A stretch of DNA of 63,997 nucleotides, the filler included, from Hyphochytrium catenoides (taxonomy: Eukaryota > Protista > Hyphochytriomycota), in NCBI GenBank assembly GCA_900088475.1. It is 9 parts of 9 records of this genome, joined end to end, with 100 filler letters (N's around TTAATTAATTAA, not from the genome) between each part and the next. Parts side by side here need not be neighbours in the genome. Positions count along the whole stretch, not along the records: positions 1 to 31,334 come from FLMG01002494.1; 8 more parts are not named here. One strand, given 5' to 3'. Positions 1 to 10,315 of this stretch are shown in pieces. Each line of letters opens with the position of its first letter. Positions within the stretch are counted from its first letter, which is position 1. The notes under the pieces were generated by a model. It was given only the letters and a program-made list of their open reading frames with translations. It had not been told where the DNA came from and did not search any database. Both the position numbers and the translations under genes were made by a program.

Positions 1-905
1 CTCTCCCCTTCAATCCCGTTTCTTCCTTGTTTCACTTGTTTCGCCGCCTTCTTCCCTCTCGCTAGCTTGTAATGGTAGCCAAGCTTTTCTTGGGAAGGGA
101 AGAGTTATTGAAGCACCAGCAGCGCAGACGGAGACTGTGTCGACGCTATGAGACTGCATAAAGGGGAAAGCGGGTGATCTGGCGCGTAGTCATCAAACGA
201 TAGCGAAGAGTTGGAGCGCAGAGGGAGAAGGAAGGGGGGTTGGACGAGCGAGGATGTCAGCTTGCCCACAGACAACGGAAGACGAAAGGAGTCGATGGAG
301 AAACGGAGTTAGATCGGAGTCGAGTACTCGTGTACTGCCTTGAGATTCAAGGCACTTACGAAGTAAAAAAGGGATGGAGGTCGAGAGAAGAATGAGAGGC
401 AAAAAAAGAAAGAAGCGAGGATACAGAGAAAGAGGCTGGAAGAGAAAGAGGGAGAAGGAAAGAGAGAGACGAGAGAGAGAGAGAGACAGTGACAGAGGGG
501 GTGCTTTCTAGGGTTAACCGGGGAGGATTGGTGGGCGAAGGTGGGTTAACCCTAAGTTCCTGCGCAAGAGCGAGCGGAGAATGAGAAGGAAAGAGGTGAG
601 CAACAGAGAATACTCAGAAAAGCTGAGACAAGAGAGAGAGAGAGAGAGANNNNNNNNNNNNNNNNNNNNNNNNNNNNNNNNNNNNNNNNNNNNNNNNNNN
701 NNNNNNNNNNNNNNNNNAGAGAGAGACAGAGAGAGAGAGACAGAGAGAGACAGAGAGAGAGAGAAGACAGACAGATCCCTTGGGTGGTTACTTGGTGATG
801 TGAGCCAGTTCCTGTTGAAGGTGCCACGAAGAGGAATGTAACCAACATCCAAAACAGGGGGTAGGGGTTCCTGATATGACCATTGTATTCAGAATATCTA
901 AGTCC

Positions 906-1289
906 TCAGAAGAATCGTGTGCGCGTAAGATGTTGTACTTCAATAAAGTGCGTTGTATCCGCACTAACATTTACCTTTCTTTGGTTATTAGATTCGCGTC
1001 CAGTTTGCAGTCCATCACAATGGACCGTATCACCGGAAGAAAGTACGCACATTAGGTTGTCTGCCTTGTTCCACTTGTACGAGTAAGGAATCAGAGACTC
1101 GCCAGGGTGGGACATCTGACGGCCAAGCCCGCAATGGCCCGTCGTTCCCTCCCAGCTCCTGTCATACAAATGTATAGTAATAGGTCGAGATCGATGTAGG
1201 ATCAGGATTGTGAGCAAAAAGAAGCCAAGCGCCATGAGCCTGACATCTTTCTTCACAATGGATTCTGAAGGCATTTCTGTCCTCATCAT
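906..1289 (-). CDS. Possible small membrane-anchored protein or pseudogene fragment, function unknown
   Basis: 127-aa non-repetitive ORF with an N-terminal hydrophobic stretch (RLMALGFFLLTILILH). An overlapping frame (788-970) may continue it via a frameshift. No family motif recognised. Confidence 0.25.
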   Translation of the reverse strand: MMRTEMPSESIVKKDVRLMALGFFLLTILILHRSRPITIHLYDRSWEGTTGHCGLGRQMSHPGESLIPYSYKWNKADNLMCVLSSGDTVHCDGLQTGRESNNQRKVNVSADTTHFIEVQHLTRTRFF

Positions 1290-1645
1290 CGTCCGCCCCT
1301 CTAGAAGTCTTTGGTCAAAGACTGGGAACTAAAGGGAGATGAATAGCACTCTTGGCTCTTGACTGCGTGCGTCAAGCAGTGTTGGCCGCAGTCTGCATGA
1401 GCAAGAAACACGGCGCCAACAAGACGACGCAGTGCATTGTTGCGTTGTCAAACTGCCTTCTGGTTTGTCAAACCCAAGACGCGGGCCGCAATAGCATAGC
1501 TTTGATGACTTTCTTATCGACAAGCACCACAAGCACCACTACAAAGTAACGCGATCTAACACCCAGAGTAATTTTAACCCGCAAAGTAAACAGAGCATGC
1601 CTCATAGATGTAGTTAATTAGTTGGGGGAAGACTGAGAACTAGCC

Positions 1646-2806
1646 ATGGCTACCTGCCGGTACAAGCTTGGAAAATGCTGCCTTGACGTCAGAGCCGAAG
1701 TCAAGAGACCCAAAAGCTGCACTGAGGCTTGCAAAGAGAGAAAAGACCCGATCACTAATGAGCCTTTAGTCCCGCTCGTCACTGGAGAATACAAAGGTAA
1801 GGGGGGCGGGAGTTACCAGCTATGTGCTGTCTTCATTAAGGGAACCAGAGCCGGATATATGAATGATGAAGCCTTCCCCGGCAAAGGTTGCACGTACGGC
1901 TACGGCAACGTCGCCAACGAGGCCGAGATTTACGACTGCTATTGCATGAGCCAATCCTCATGCACGGAGGGCAGTTCCCCCCCTATACAATTCATTACAA
2001 GGAAGGAGAGCAACAATGGGTCGTACAACTGCCAGGAGTATTGCAAGGATCAGACAGTGGAACCACTCAAAAATGGCAGGGTCCTGGCCCTCAATGATGA
2101 AGCTCAGGTCTGTACTACAGATGAAGGAAACTTGGGTTTCAGACCAGGCACCACCTGGCCCGATTGGCACTCCGGCCACTGCATAGCTGTTGATGCAAGC
2201 AACAGGAGCGAGATACTAACGCAGACCGAGGATTGGAGGTGCCTCTGTACCTTTGAGGAGCCTGAAGAGCAGTCAGAGCCTGTGTCAGCCTTCCCAACAC
2301 AAAACAACAACATCCCCACATCCCCGAAACCTTCAAGCGATGGGCTTTCAACAGGCGCCATTGTTGGGATTGCGATCGGTGCCATAGCCCTACTCGGTAT
2401 GCTAGTTCTGATCTTCCTGATCAAAAGACGTAAGAATTCGACAGAAGGAGAATCTCAGCACCTACAGCGGAAGGATGTATATAGCATGGATCGGAACAGC
2501 GGCGAACTAGGATTGACTCATGGATACATGGAAGTAGCTGAGGTTCAGATTCCGGCTGCCGCCGCGCAACCTATATACACCGCTGAGGCATTGTCAGTCC
2601 ATGAAGCGTCCACTGCACCAAATGCTATTCCAGTTAGCGGAGGAACGAATGTGGTCACAGCTGGCCCTGGTTCGCTGTCCCCTCAACATGATGCCCCTTA
2701 TCCAGGTCCACGCAAGAATAAAAATGTAATGCGAGAGGCGCGAAGGGAAGGACTAGTGGAGAGCGATAGCGATAGTGAAGATAGAGAGGTAGAAAGAGCG
2801 CTCTAA
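1646..2806 (+). CDS. Cys-rich single-pass membrane protein, paralog 1 (two 6-Cys modules, S/P/T stalk, TM, cytoplasmic tail); intronless
   Basis: 386-aa ORF with 16 Cys in the N-terminal ~200 aa. TM GLSTGAIVGIAIGAIALLGMLVLIFLI is followed by KRRK. Aligns end-to-end with the paralog at 3839-5053. Confidence 0.9.
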   Translation: MATCRYKLGKCCLDVRAEVKRPKSCTEACKERKDPITNEPLVPLVTGEYKGKGGGSYQLCAVFIKGTRAGYMNDEAFPGKGCTYGYGNVANEAEIYDCYCMSQSSCTEGSSPPIQFITRKESNNGSYNCQEYCKDQTVEPLKNGRVLALNDEAQVCTTDEGNLGFRPGTTWPDWHSGHCIAVDASNRSEILTQTEDWRCLCTFEEPEEQSEPVSAFPTQNNNIPTSPKPSSDGLSTGAIVGIAIGAIALLGMLVLIFLIKRRKNSTEGESQHLQRKDVYSMDRNSGELGLTHGYMEVAEVQIPAAAAQPIYTAEALSVHEASTAPNAIPVSGGTNVVTAGPGSLSPQHDAPYPGPRKNKNVMREARREGLVESDSDSEDREVERAL

Positions 2807-3838
2807 CTCTGATAAATCTGCGGCGCGGAGCCTTGAGAAGAAGAAGGCCATGAGCCATGAGGTTGGTACGCAGCGGCGCACTCGTGATGGAGTACGTAGC
2901 TAGCTGTACTGCAGTGGCGAGATGACTTCTTCTAGCTACTCCATGGCTAGCCGTCCTTGTTCTCTGCAAGCAGCATGCGCCAATTTCTCTCCTTTGACTT
3001 TCCCGGTCTCCATCCTCTGGCATGGCATATCGTACCTCGACACAGGTCTGCAAACTCCAACGTCGAAACCCGGGGCTGCTGCTGCCACGCTGCCACCAGA
3101 CCTCCGGGAGGCGAACGACCGAGAGTTCGAGACATACACAATCTGCGGATAAGAAGAAGGTCAACCCAAAGATGTGTCATCGAAAAAATCCAAGCTTGCT
3201 CTGGAAAAGACTACGAAGTTATTTCTGTACCTCACCACCAACATTATCAGGAGACCATCAGACTCAATAAATTTTTGGCAAAGTAAAGAATTATGGCTGC
3301 ACTTACGGGACCCAGAAAACGCGACCCTCACTAAACCCTAACAAAACCCTCTTTTATTTTTTATTTTCTATAAAAATAAGCATAGATGCGGTAAAACTGT
3401 ATTGCCCTCAATAATCTCTCTCTGAGTCCGCAGCGTGGGGAGTGAACTAGTAGTCCACAGGAACCGATTAACCACGGTAATAAAGAGATGATGATGGCTA
3501 GCGCCGCTTTGACTATCTGACCGCAGTCACAGAAGGAGGATAGAGAACAAGCGGCGACAAGCATCATAGATTGCGGCCTTTATTAGTAGAGCTTCTTCTC
3601 TAAAGTGGTGCAGACGGCAGCAACATCTGTACCGAGTCCCACCTACCGTACGTCTACAAACACCTTGAACCTGCATCTTTGGTCCCCTATTAGACATAGT
3701 AGACCATCTCTCGATTAGAGCAGCACTGAGACTGGGGCTGGCAAAGCTCACAGGACCTGCATAAGGTCACAACATATATTTGTCGGGTGCCACGAACGAC
3801 AAAGAGAACCCGCAGACTCTAACGGGAGAAAGCGACCA

Positions 3839-5053
3839 ATGTCCTTGTGCCGGTTCAAGACAGACACGTGCTGCGTTCAGGTTGCAACGGAGGTTCGAAA
3901 GCCAAAGAGCTGCGCAGCCGCATGCGGGGAGAAGAGGGATCCAACTACCGGTGAGCCGCTTGTCCCTATCCTTACTGGTGAGTATGAGGGCAAGGGCGGA
4001 GGTAGCTACCAACTCTGCGCTGTGTTTGAAGGAGATGGGATCGAACAGACTACGGGTTTTCGTTCGGGGTTTATGCTCCCTACGCAATATCCTGGAGATG
4101 GCTGCACCTATGGATATGGAAATGCCGCCAAAGAGGCCTCCAAGTACGACTGCTATTGCATGACTTCCGCTTGCACAGTCGATGGAGACAAAGCACCGTT
4201 GCAGTTAATCACTGTGGAGCAGAGCAACAATGGCACCTACGACTGCCACAAGCAATGCGAGAGCCATGCACTAAAGTTGCCAATGCCTGCAAATGGCTCA
4301 GCTTTAGCCCTCAATGACGCAGCTCAGGTATGTGCTACAAATGAAGGAGGATTGGGATTTAGACCGGCCACTACTTGGCCCGAGTTCCATTCCGGTAAAT
4401 GTATTGCGGTCGATGAAGAGAAGAAAGACGAAATTTTGACCCAGACGGAGGACTGGAAGTGTCTTTGTACTTTTGATATCAATAAGCTTCAGAAGACCAT
4501 ACCGCCGCCATCGAATGACTCCGTACCCGTCAATCTTCCTCCGACTGCAAGTCCATCCACCTCTTCGTCGTCAAACGGTGGACTATCCCGGGGTGCCATT
4601 GCCGGCATTATAGTTGGTGCCGTAGTGCTTCTGGGCTTGGTGATCCTCATCCTTGTCGTGCGCAAGAGAAAGCTGAAGAGACAACACGGTTCGACCGAGC
4701 CAGCGGAGAATGTCTCTAGAGGGAGAGCCGAAAAGTTGGACGAGTTGGAAGCAGAGCAAGTTAGCTATTCTAACGCGTTGGATGTTCCTCCAGCTGCGGC
4801 GCAGCCAATCTATTCTGCAGAAGTGATCCATGTCCACGAAGGGCTTGTCTCTCCTACTGGGGCTGTCCCTGTTCCTAGCCATGGGTCGGTAATTACGGCA
4901 TCCAGCCTGTTAGCCAGCGGAGTTAGAGTTTCGGCCTCAAGTAACGATGCGCGCCAACCACCAGAGACGAACAAGAAGGAAGCCATGAGGAGGCACGGAG
5001 TCTTGGAAACCGATAGCGACGACGAAGATCTCAAAGTTGAGACCAGCCTTTAG
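3839..5053 (+). CDS. Cys-rich single-pass membrane protein, paralog 2; intronless
   Basis: 404-aa ORF; all 16 Cys align with paralog 1. TM GLSRGAIAGIIVGAVVLLGLVILILVV is followed by RKRK. C-terminus ETDSDDEDLKVETSL. Confidence 0.9.
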   Translation: MSLCRFKTDTCCVQVATEVRKPKSCAAACGEKRDPTTGEPLVPILTGEYEGKGGGSYQLCAVFEGDGIEQTTGFRSGFMLPTQYPGDGCTYGYGNAAKEASKYDCYCMTSACTVDGDKAPLQLITVEQSNNGTYDCHKQCESHALKLPMPANGSALALNDAAQVCATNEGGLGFRPATTWPEFHSGKCIAVDEEKKDEILTQTEDWKCLCTFDINKLQKTIPPPSNDSVPVNLPPTASPSTSSSSNGGLSRGAIAGIIVGAVVLLGLVILILVVRKRKLKRQHGSTEPAENVSRGRAEKLDELEAEQVSYSNALDVPPAAAQPIYSAEVIHVHEGLVSPTGAVPVPSHGSVITASSLLASGVRVSASSNDARQPPETNKKEAMRRHGVLETDSDDEDLKVETSL

Positions 5054-6437
5054 AGGCGGCCCCTCTATGCCGTCGGCCCTGAACTCCTCATGGCATGTAT
5101 AGCTGGAGATACCTGGCAGATTCGGCAAAGACCTATATACTCATGTACATTTTTAGTAAATAGATACTCAGTACTACCTCTCAAGCTTTGAGCTCAAAAA
5201 AGACCTTTATTGCCTGGTTGCTATACAAGGACGCTACCCTTGTGCGATTGACTAGTGTAAGTCAGTCTCACTTCTTTATCCCCGGTCAGGGTGAGAAGCC
5301 GCTTCCAGCAGTACCGCAAACCATAAAGTTTAGGACTATATATGTATCATGTCGTTCTTCTTCAGCAACTTCTCTTTCCTTTTGGTGATTGTTTTCCTTC
5401 TTATGAGCGCGAACTGCATGGCCGCTATGTCGACTGAGGGTCGGTCTCACGTGGAGGAGGAAATAGATAACTCTAGCTCTTGGAAGGCAGTCTAAGCATG
5501 GCAGTTTGAAGAAGAGCATGCCTGAGCAACAATCTTCCTAGGTCTTGTTGGGCGGGCGGACAAGATAAGCTTTACCCTCCTCAAGGCTCAGAAGCTTCAA
5601 CAGCGTTCTTCACTGCGTTTCTACCTACTCAAGCCAATAGACTGCAGTGATGGCCTCCGCTAATCTCCGATCTTCCACTTCACCGTCCCAGGGCTGCTTC
5701 TGCGGCCAGATACGTCCCTAGAACTACAGCTTTACAGCCTCAACAGGCGCGCAGAGTCATCAGAAGACCCGCCACCAATCTGCCATGAGAGGCAGGCATC
5801 TTCAACATCTTCAACCACCACTCAAAGGAAGGCCCGGGTTATTCGTTACTCGGGACTTATGTATTAGGTAGAATACAGACTTTATTAAAATACCCAAATA
5901 CCTTATCCGGATAAAGGATGGGCTTATCGTTGGAAGTGAGGGGTAAACAACAAATACTGTGAGACAGAGCGTGATGCCGCGAATGCGAGTCAATCAATAC
6001 ATATATTAACCCCTAACGAAGTTGGTAAGACAGAGGTTGATTGCGAGAGATAGGAAGAGTGCCACAAGGTGAAGTGATGTGCGCTCAGCTTCTTCCACAC
6101 TTCTCGTCTGCGATGGAGTCCCCACTTCCAGCGGCACGGCGATGATGTTGGCCAGGCAGGCAGAGGGAGCGCAGCCATCTGCGACGATGTGATAGAGTAA
6201 GATAGGAGGCGCGGAGCGACAGCTGACTTCCGCGGAGCTGTCTGAGTCTCTGCTGCTCTGCGTGGTAAAACTCTCCATGCTTCACTTGCTTGCTTTCGGT
6301 TATATTTAGGGTTGCAGTCTCTTTCTTGGAGAAAGGCCTCAGCGATGTGGTGGGCCAGTTCACACTGAGCGTTAGAAGCTCACTCGACCTGGCTCCCCGG
6401 CGGACCCCTGAACTGGTTATTCTGAGACAGGAAGACC

Positions 6438-9400
6438 ATGGGCAAGCTTGCGTATGTCTCAGTGCCCATGGGAGAAGCCGAGAACCGTTCTTCTACAGCG
6501 CCGACGACTCCGTCTGAGTGCGGGTCAACTGTTCCCGCCTCTGAGCCTTCTCCTTCTTTGCCTGGGGCCACTCTCTCTTCATCGCCCACACCCAAGAAGG
6601 CTGACCCCACCAGCGCAGTGGGTGAGGTTCAGACATACGGAAGCATCGAGGTGCCTCGAGCCGAAAGCAATGACAAAGGACCTTTGAGGTGAGGAAGTGG
6701 CCACCTCTCTGAACGTTGTCTCTTGGCATGACCCATCCTTTCACTCTCCCAAAACTTCTTTGTAATGATCTGTCATCCTGTATCACTTCTGGCCCATCCT
6801 TCAGCCTTTAGATCCGGTAATCCTAACGTTTTTTTCAGAGCTTTGACTATTCACGAAGCGCCTTCTTCTTTGTGCTGAGACATGCTTGGCCCTTGTCAAA
6901 CTCTTCCTTTTTGACCTTTGTCGTCCTACTTCCTCATTGTCTGTGAATGACGCTCTTCGCTCTTACTAGCAGGGAGCGTCGCCGTGCTCTTCTTCTTCTT
7001 ATCTCGGTTCTCGCTGTGCTACTGGTTATTGGAGGACTCCTTCTCCAACACGGTCTTCAAGCTGTCTGGGACCCCGTTGCGATTGAGTTTGGTAGCAAAG
7101 CCGGCCACTTGGAAGAGCTCAGGGAGCCCAACGCTGTCTCCTCAATCAATGGCTTGCTTGAGACCTCGCTGGAGGTAGTGCCAACCTATTACCAGGGTCG
7201 TGTCTCCTACATGACTAGAAGCTACAATGGGACCATCCCAGGACCGACGTTAAGGTGCGCATCTCAGGGTATTTCTCACCCTTGCTAGTCATCTCTCCTG
7301 GCTCTGTCTCTATTTGGCTCTCGGCGTCTCTCTTCTGCTTCCTCACGCTCCTGCAAAGGATTCCTCGGAAGTTTAGGGTTTTGCACCTCCATCAGTTGAA
7401 TCGCTCTTCCTTTGTTCCAGATTCTTCTGCTCTTCATCACAATGCCTTTCCTCAGTCTCATAGGATAAGAACTGTGCTGTCTCTCTCCCTCTCTCTCTTC
7501 TCCTCTTATCTTTCGCGTAGCCTTCTTTCTCCACACCCTAACCCTCCTCCCTGAACCCTCACCTGCCCGCCTTTAGAGTCCGACCAGGAGACACTCTAAA
7601 GATTAAGCTGGTCAATCGGTTAGGACCGAACCTTTCTGGCCCTGAGAGAGAAAGAGATAACTTCTTCCATTCTCCGAATACGACCAACCTTCACGTTCAT
7701 GGCCTGCATGTCTCTCCGTCAGGGAAGGCAGATAACGTCTTTAGAGCATGTGTGCCTGGAGAAGAGATAGAGTATGAGTACGTCCTCCCACTTTCGCATC
7801 CAAGCGGACTCTTTCACTATCATCCGCACTTCCATGGGTCAGCCACTCTGCAGGTAATATGGTATCGTTGTGAGGAGAACCGAGTGATCGAACTGACAAA
7901 TAAAGACGTACACCGGCGAGAAATAGGTTTGATAATATCTGCAAGGACAACGAAATGGGCGGGAGGAAAGGAAGAGAGCGAGAGTGTGTGTGTGAGAGAG
8001 ATAGAGAGAGAAAGGAAGAAGAGTAGGGGGGAGAAACCATGGCAACTGCTAGCGATGAAAAGGAGGGAAGGGCCACACTGGAGTTGACTAGTTTGACCGA
8101 ACGCTTATCAGCTTCGTTATGGCTCTTGCTAATTCTTCAGGTTGGAGGCGGTATGGAAGGCGCCATCATCGTGGAGGACAGAGAAGAGCTTCTCCCTGTC
8201 GCTCTTTCCGCGATGAAGGAGAGGCTTTTAGTCGTACAAATCATCAATGTGGGCGTGGGTACGCTGCGGAACTATCTCAATGTGCATAGAATCTCGCACA
8301 GTACGCTGGATCTCAAAGAGAGACTCCCACCCGAAGAAGAGAAGCAGCAGGGAAAGATAGTTGACGAGAAGGAGACCAGACGAAGAGAAGAGAGGAGGAT
8401 GAACTTTCTCTACTATGCCATAGTGAATGGGCAAGATCAACCCAAGATGACGATGAAGCCGGGAGAGTTCCAACGCCTAAGACTGCTCAATGCTGGGGAC
8501 AACGACATATTAGAGATCTACATTGACGAAACAGAAGTAGGACGGGGTAGAGATTTCGAGTCTTCTCTTTTCTCCTCTCCTCGCGACTTTACCTCCTCCT
8601 GTGAGATGGTAGTCTTAGCTCGTGATGGCGTATATCTACGAGAGCCGCGGAGAAAAGGGATTGTGGTCGTTGCTCCGGGTAGTAGAGCAGACTTCGCTGT
8701 GCGGTGCAATGAGTCCGGCATTTTTTCTCTTTCATCCAAGAGGTTTTCTAGCCTTGACAGCTACATGGGCTTGGGGTCTGACGTTTACAGTGGCAGGCTA
8801 GCGTTTCTCGTTATTGAGGGAGAGAAGAAAGAGATGCAATATCCCTTTTCTCTCCCTCCCACGGGGCTCGACAATCTCACTCATCTAGAGAGAGGGAAAG
8901 TAGACTCTTTCTTTCGCTTCGAGTGGTTCCATGGCGGACATGTAGAGATAGATGGAGCCAACTATACAGCCTATGGCGTCAATGGTGCGTGGGAAAGAAA
9001 GTCAGAGGGAGAGTTGATGTCAAAGTGAAGCATAGGCTGGAGGCGGTTTTGAGTGATAGTTCAGACCACTTGCAGTTAATCTCTCTGTCTGTCTGCAGTC
9101 TCTCTCTCTTGCTCGTTTTTCTGTTCTCTCTCGCTCCATGCTCTTTCTGTTCTGGCCTGTGACTCTCTTTTCCCGGCGGCAGTCATTTTATGCATACACA
9201 CACTGCGACTGACCCAGCTCCTTTCTTGGCTTCTGACTTCCGCTTAGGCGTTGCGTACAATGGAACCCCCATCTATACCAGCAGATTGAACGCTGTAAAT
9301 GAGTGGGACCTGGTAAACTTGAAAAAGGGTGAAGGAGAGCAAGACACCAATCATCCTTGGCACATTCACGTGAATCATGTACAGATAGTGTCAGTTTCTC

Positions 9401-9804
9401 ATGGAGAAGGTGTGGACTATGACGTGGGCGACTGGAGAGACACGATCACCCTTCCTACCCCAGGCAACACCACTGTGCGCTTTGTGAATCGAGACTTTAT
9501 TGGGGAGGTATGTCCTCTTTCTCTCTCTCAGATCGCACCTGTCTTTCAATCCCGTCCAAGGTGGTACATCCTTATACTAATGTCATACAATCTCTCAGCT
9601 TCTACAGCCCTTCTGCCTCATACCACTTCTTATACCTTCTGCATACTCCCGTCATTAATCTCGTGATTCTCATGGGCATGACGTCTTAGTAATAGCCTTT
9701 CACTGAGCATCGAATGATATTCTCATCTTCAGCACCTGGCTCACTGTCACATCGTTGCCCATTGTGACCTCGGCATGAAGGCCAAGATAGCAATTGTGCC
9801 ATGA
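6438..9804 (+). CDS. Three-domain multicopper oxidase (CueO/laccase-like) with N-terminal signal-anchor TM; 6 exons
   Basis: Exons 6438-6688, 6973-7254, 7577-7853, 8141-8984, 9248-9507 and 9733-9804 join in frame via GT-AG introns. Motifs: YNGTIPGPTLRVRPGD, TTNLHVHGLH, FHYHPHFHG, HPWHIHVNH, HCHIVAHCDLGM. Confidence 0.92.
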
Positions 9805-10315
9805 AGCCAGCCACCTACCGGCACTCTGTCTCCCGTTGCTGACTACACCAGGCGCCACCCACCTCCTTTGCCGCTTCTTTTCTCTTTGCTAGCAAGGATC
9901 GTGGGGCCTATCGACAGCTCACCAAACAACCGACTGCTTCTTTCTCTCTCTGCCATCGCCGCCGACCGCTATCTAGAAGATCTAATAATAATAGACGACC
10001 ACTGTCGCCCCTTCGGCCACATTTTTTCAGGGAAAGAGCTATCCGTTCAAAAACTCCAGCATTGCAGGCTGAATAGTAAACGTTAGGGCCAGGGAAGCAC
10101 TATGTGAAAAGGCTAGTAAGTGAGCAGTCAGACTACCCGCCCCGTTATATAGTTAAATGTATATACATAGCTGACTCTGGCTCTGGCAGATTGATTGGGA
10201 AAGGATGAAAATGAAAAGCAGCTTAAGATTGTCACAGAAAGAGAGAGGGAATGTGTGAGAGTGAGACATATCCCGATACGTGTCTCTCTTCTCGGATGTC
10301 TCTCTGTTCCTTCTC

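Noticed and set aside
509-554. 11-bp inverted repeat tagggttaacc/ggttaacccta
   Set aside because: Isolated, with no TSD, second copy or associated ORF; insufficient for an element or terminator call.
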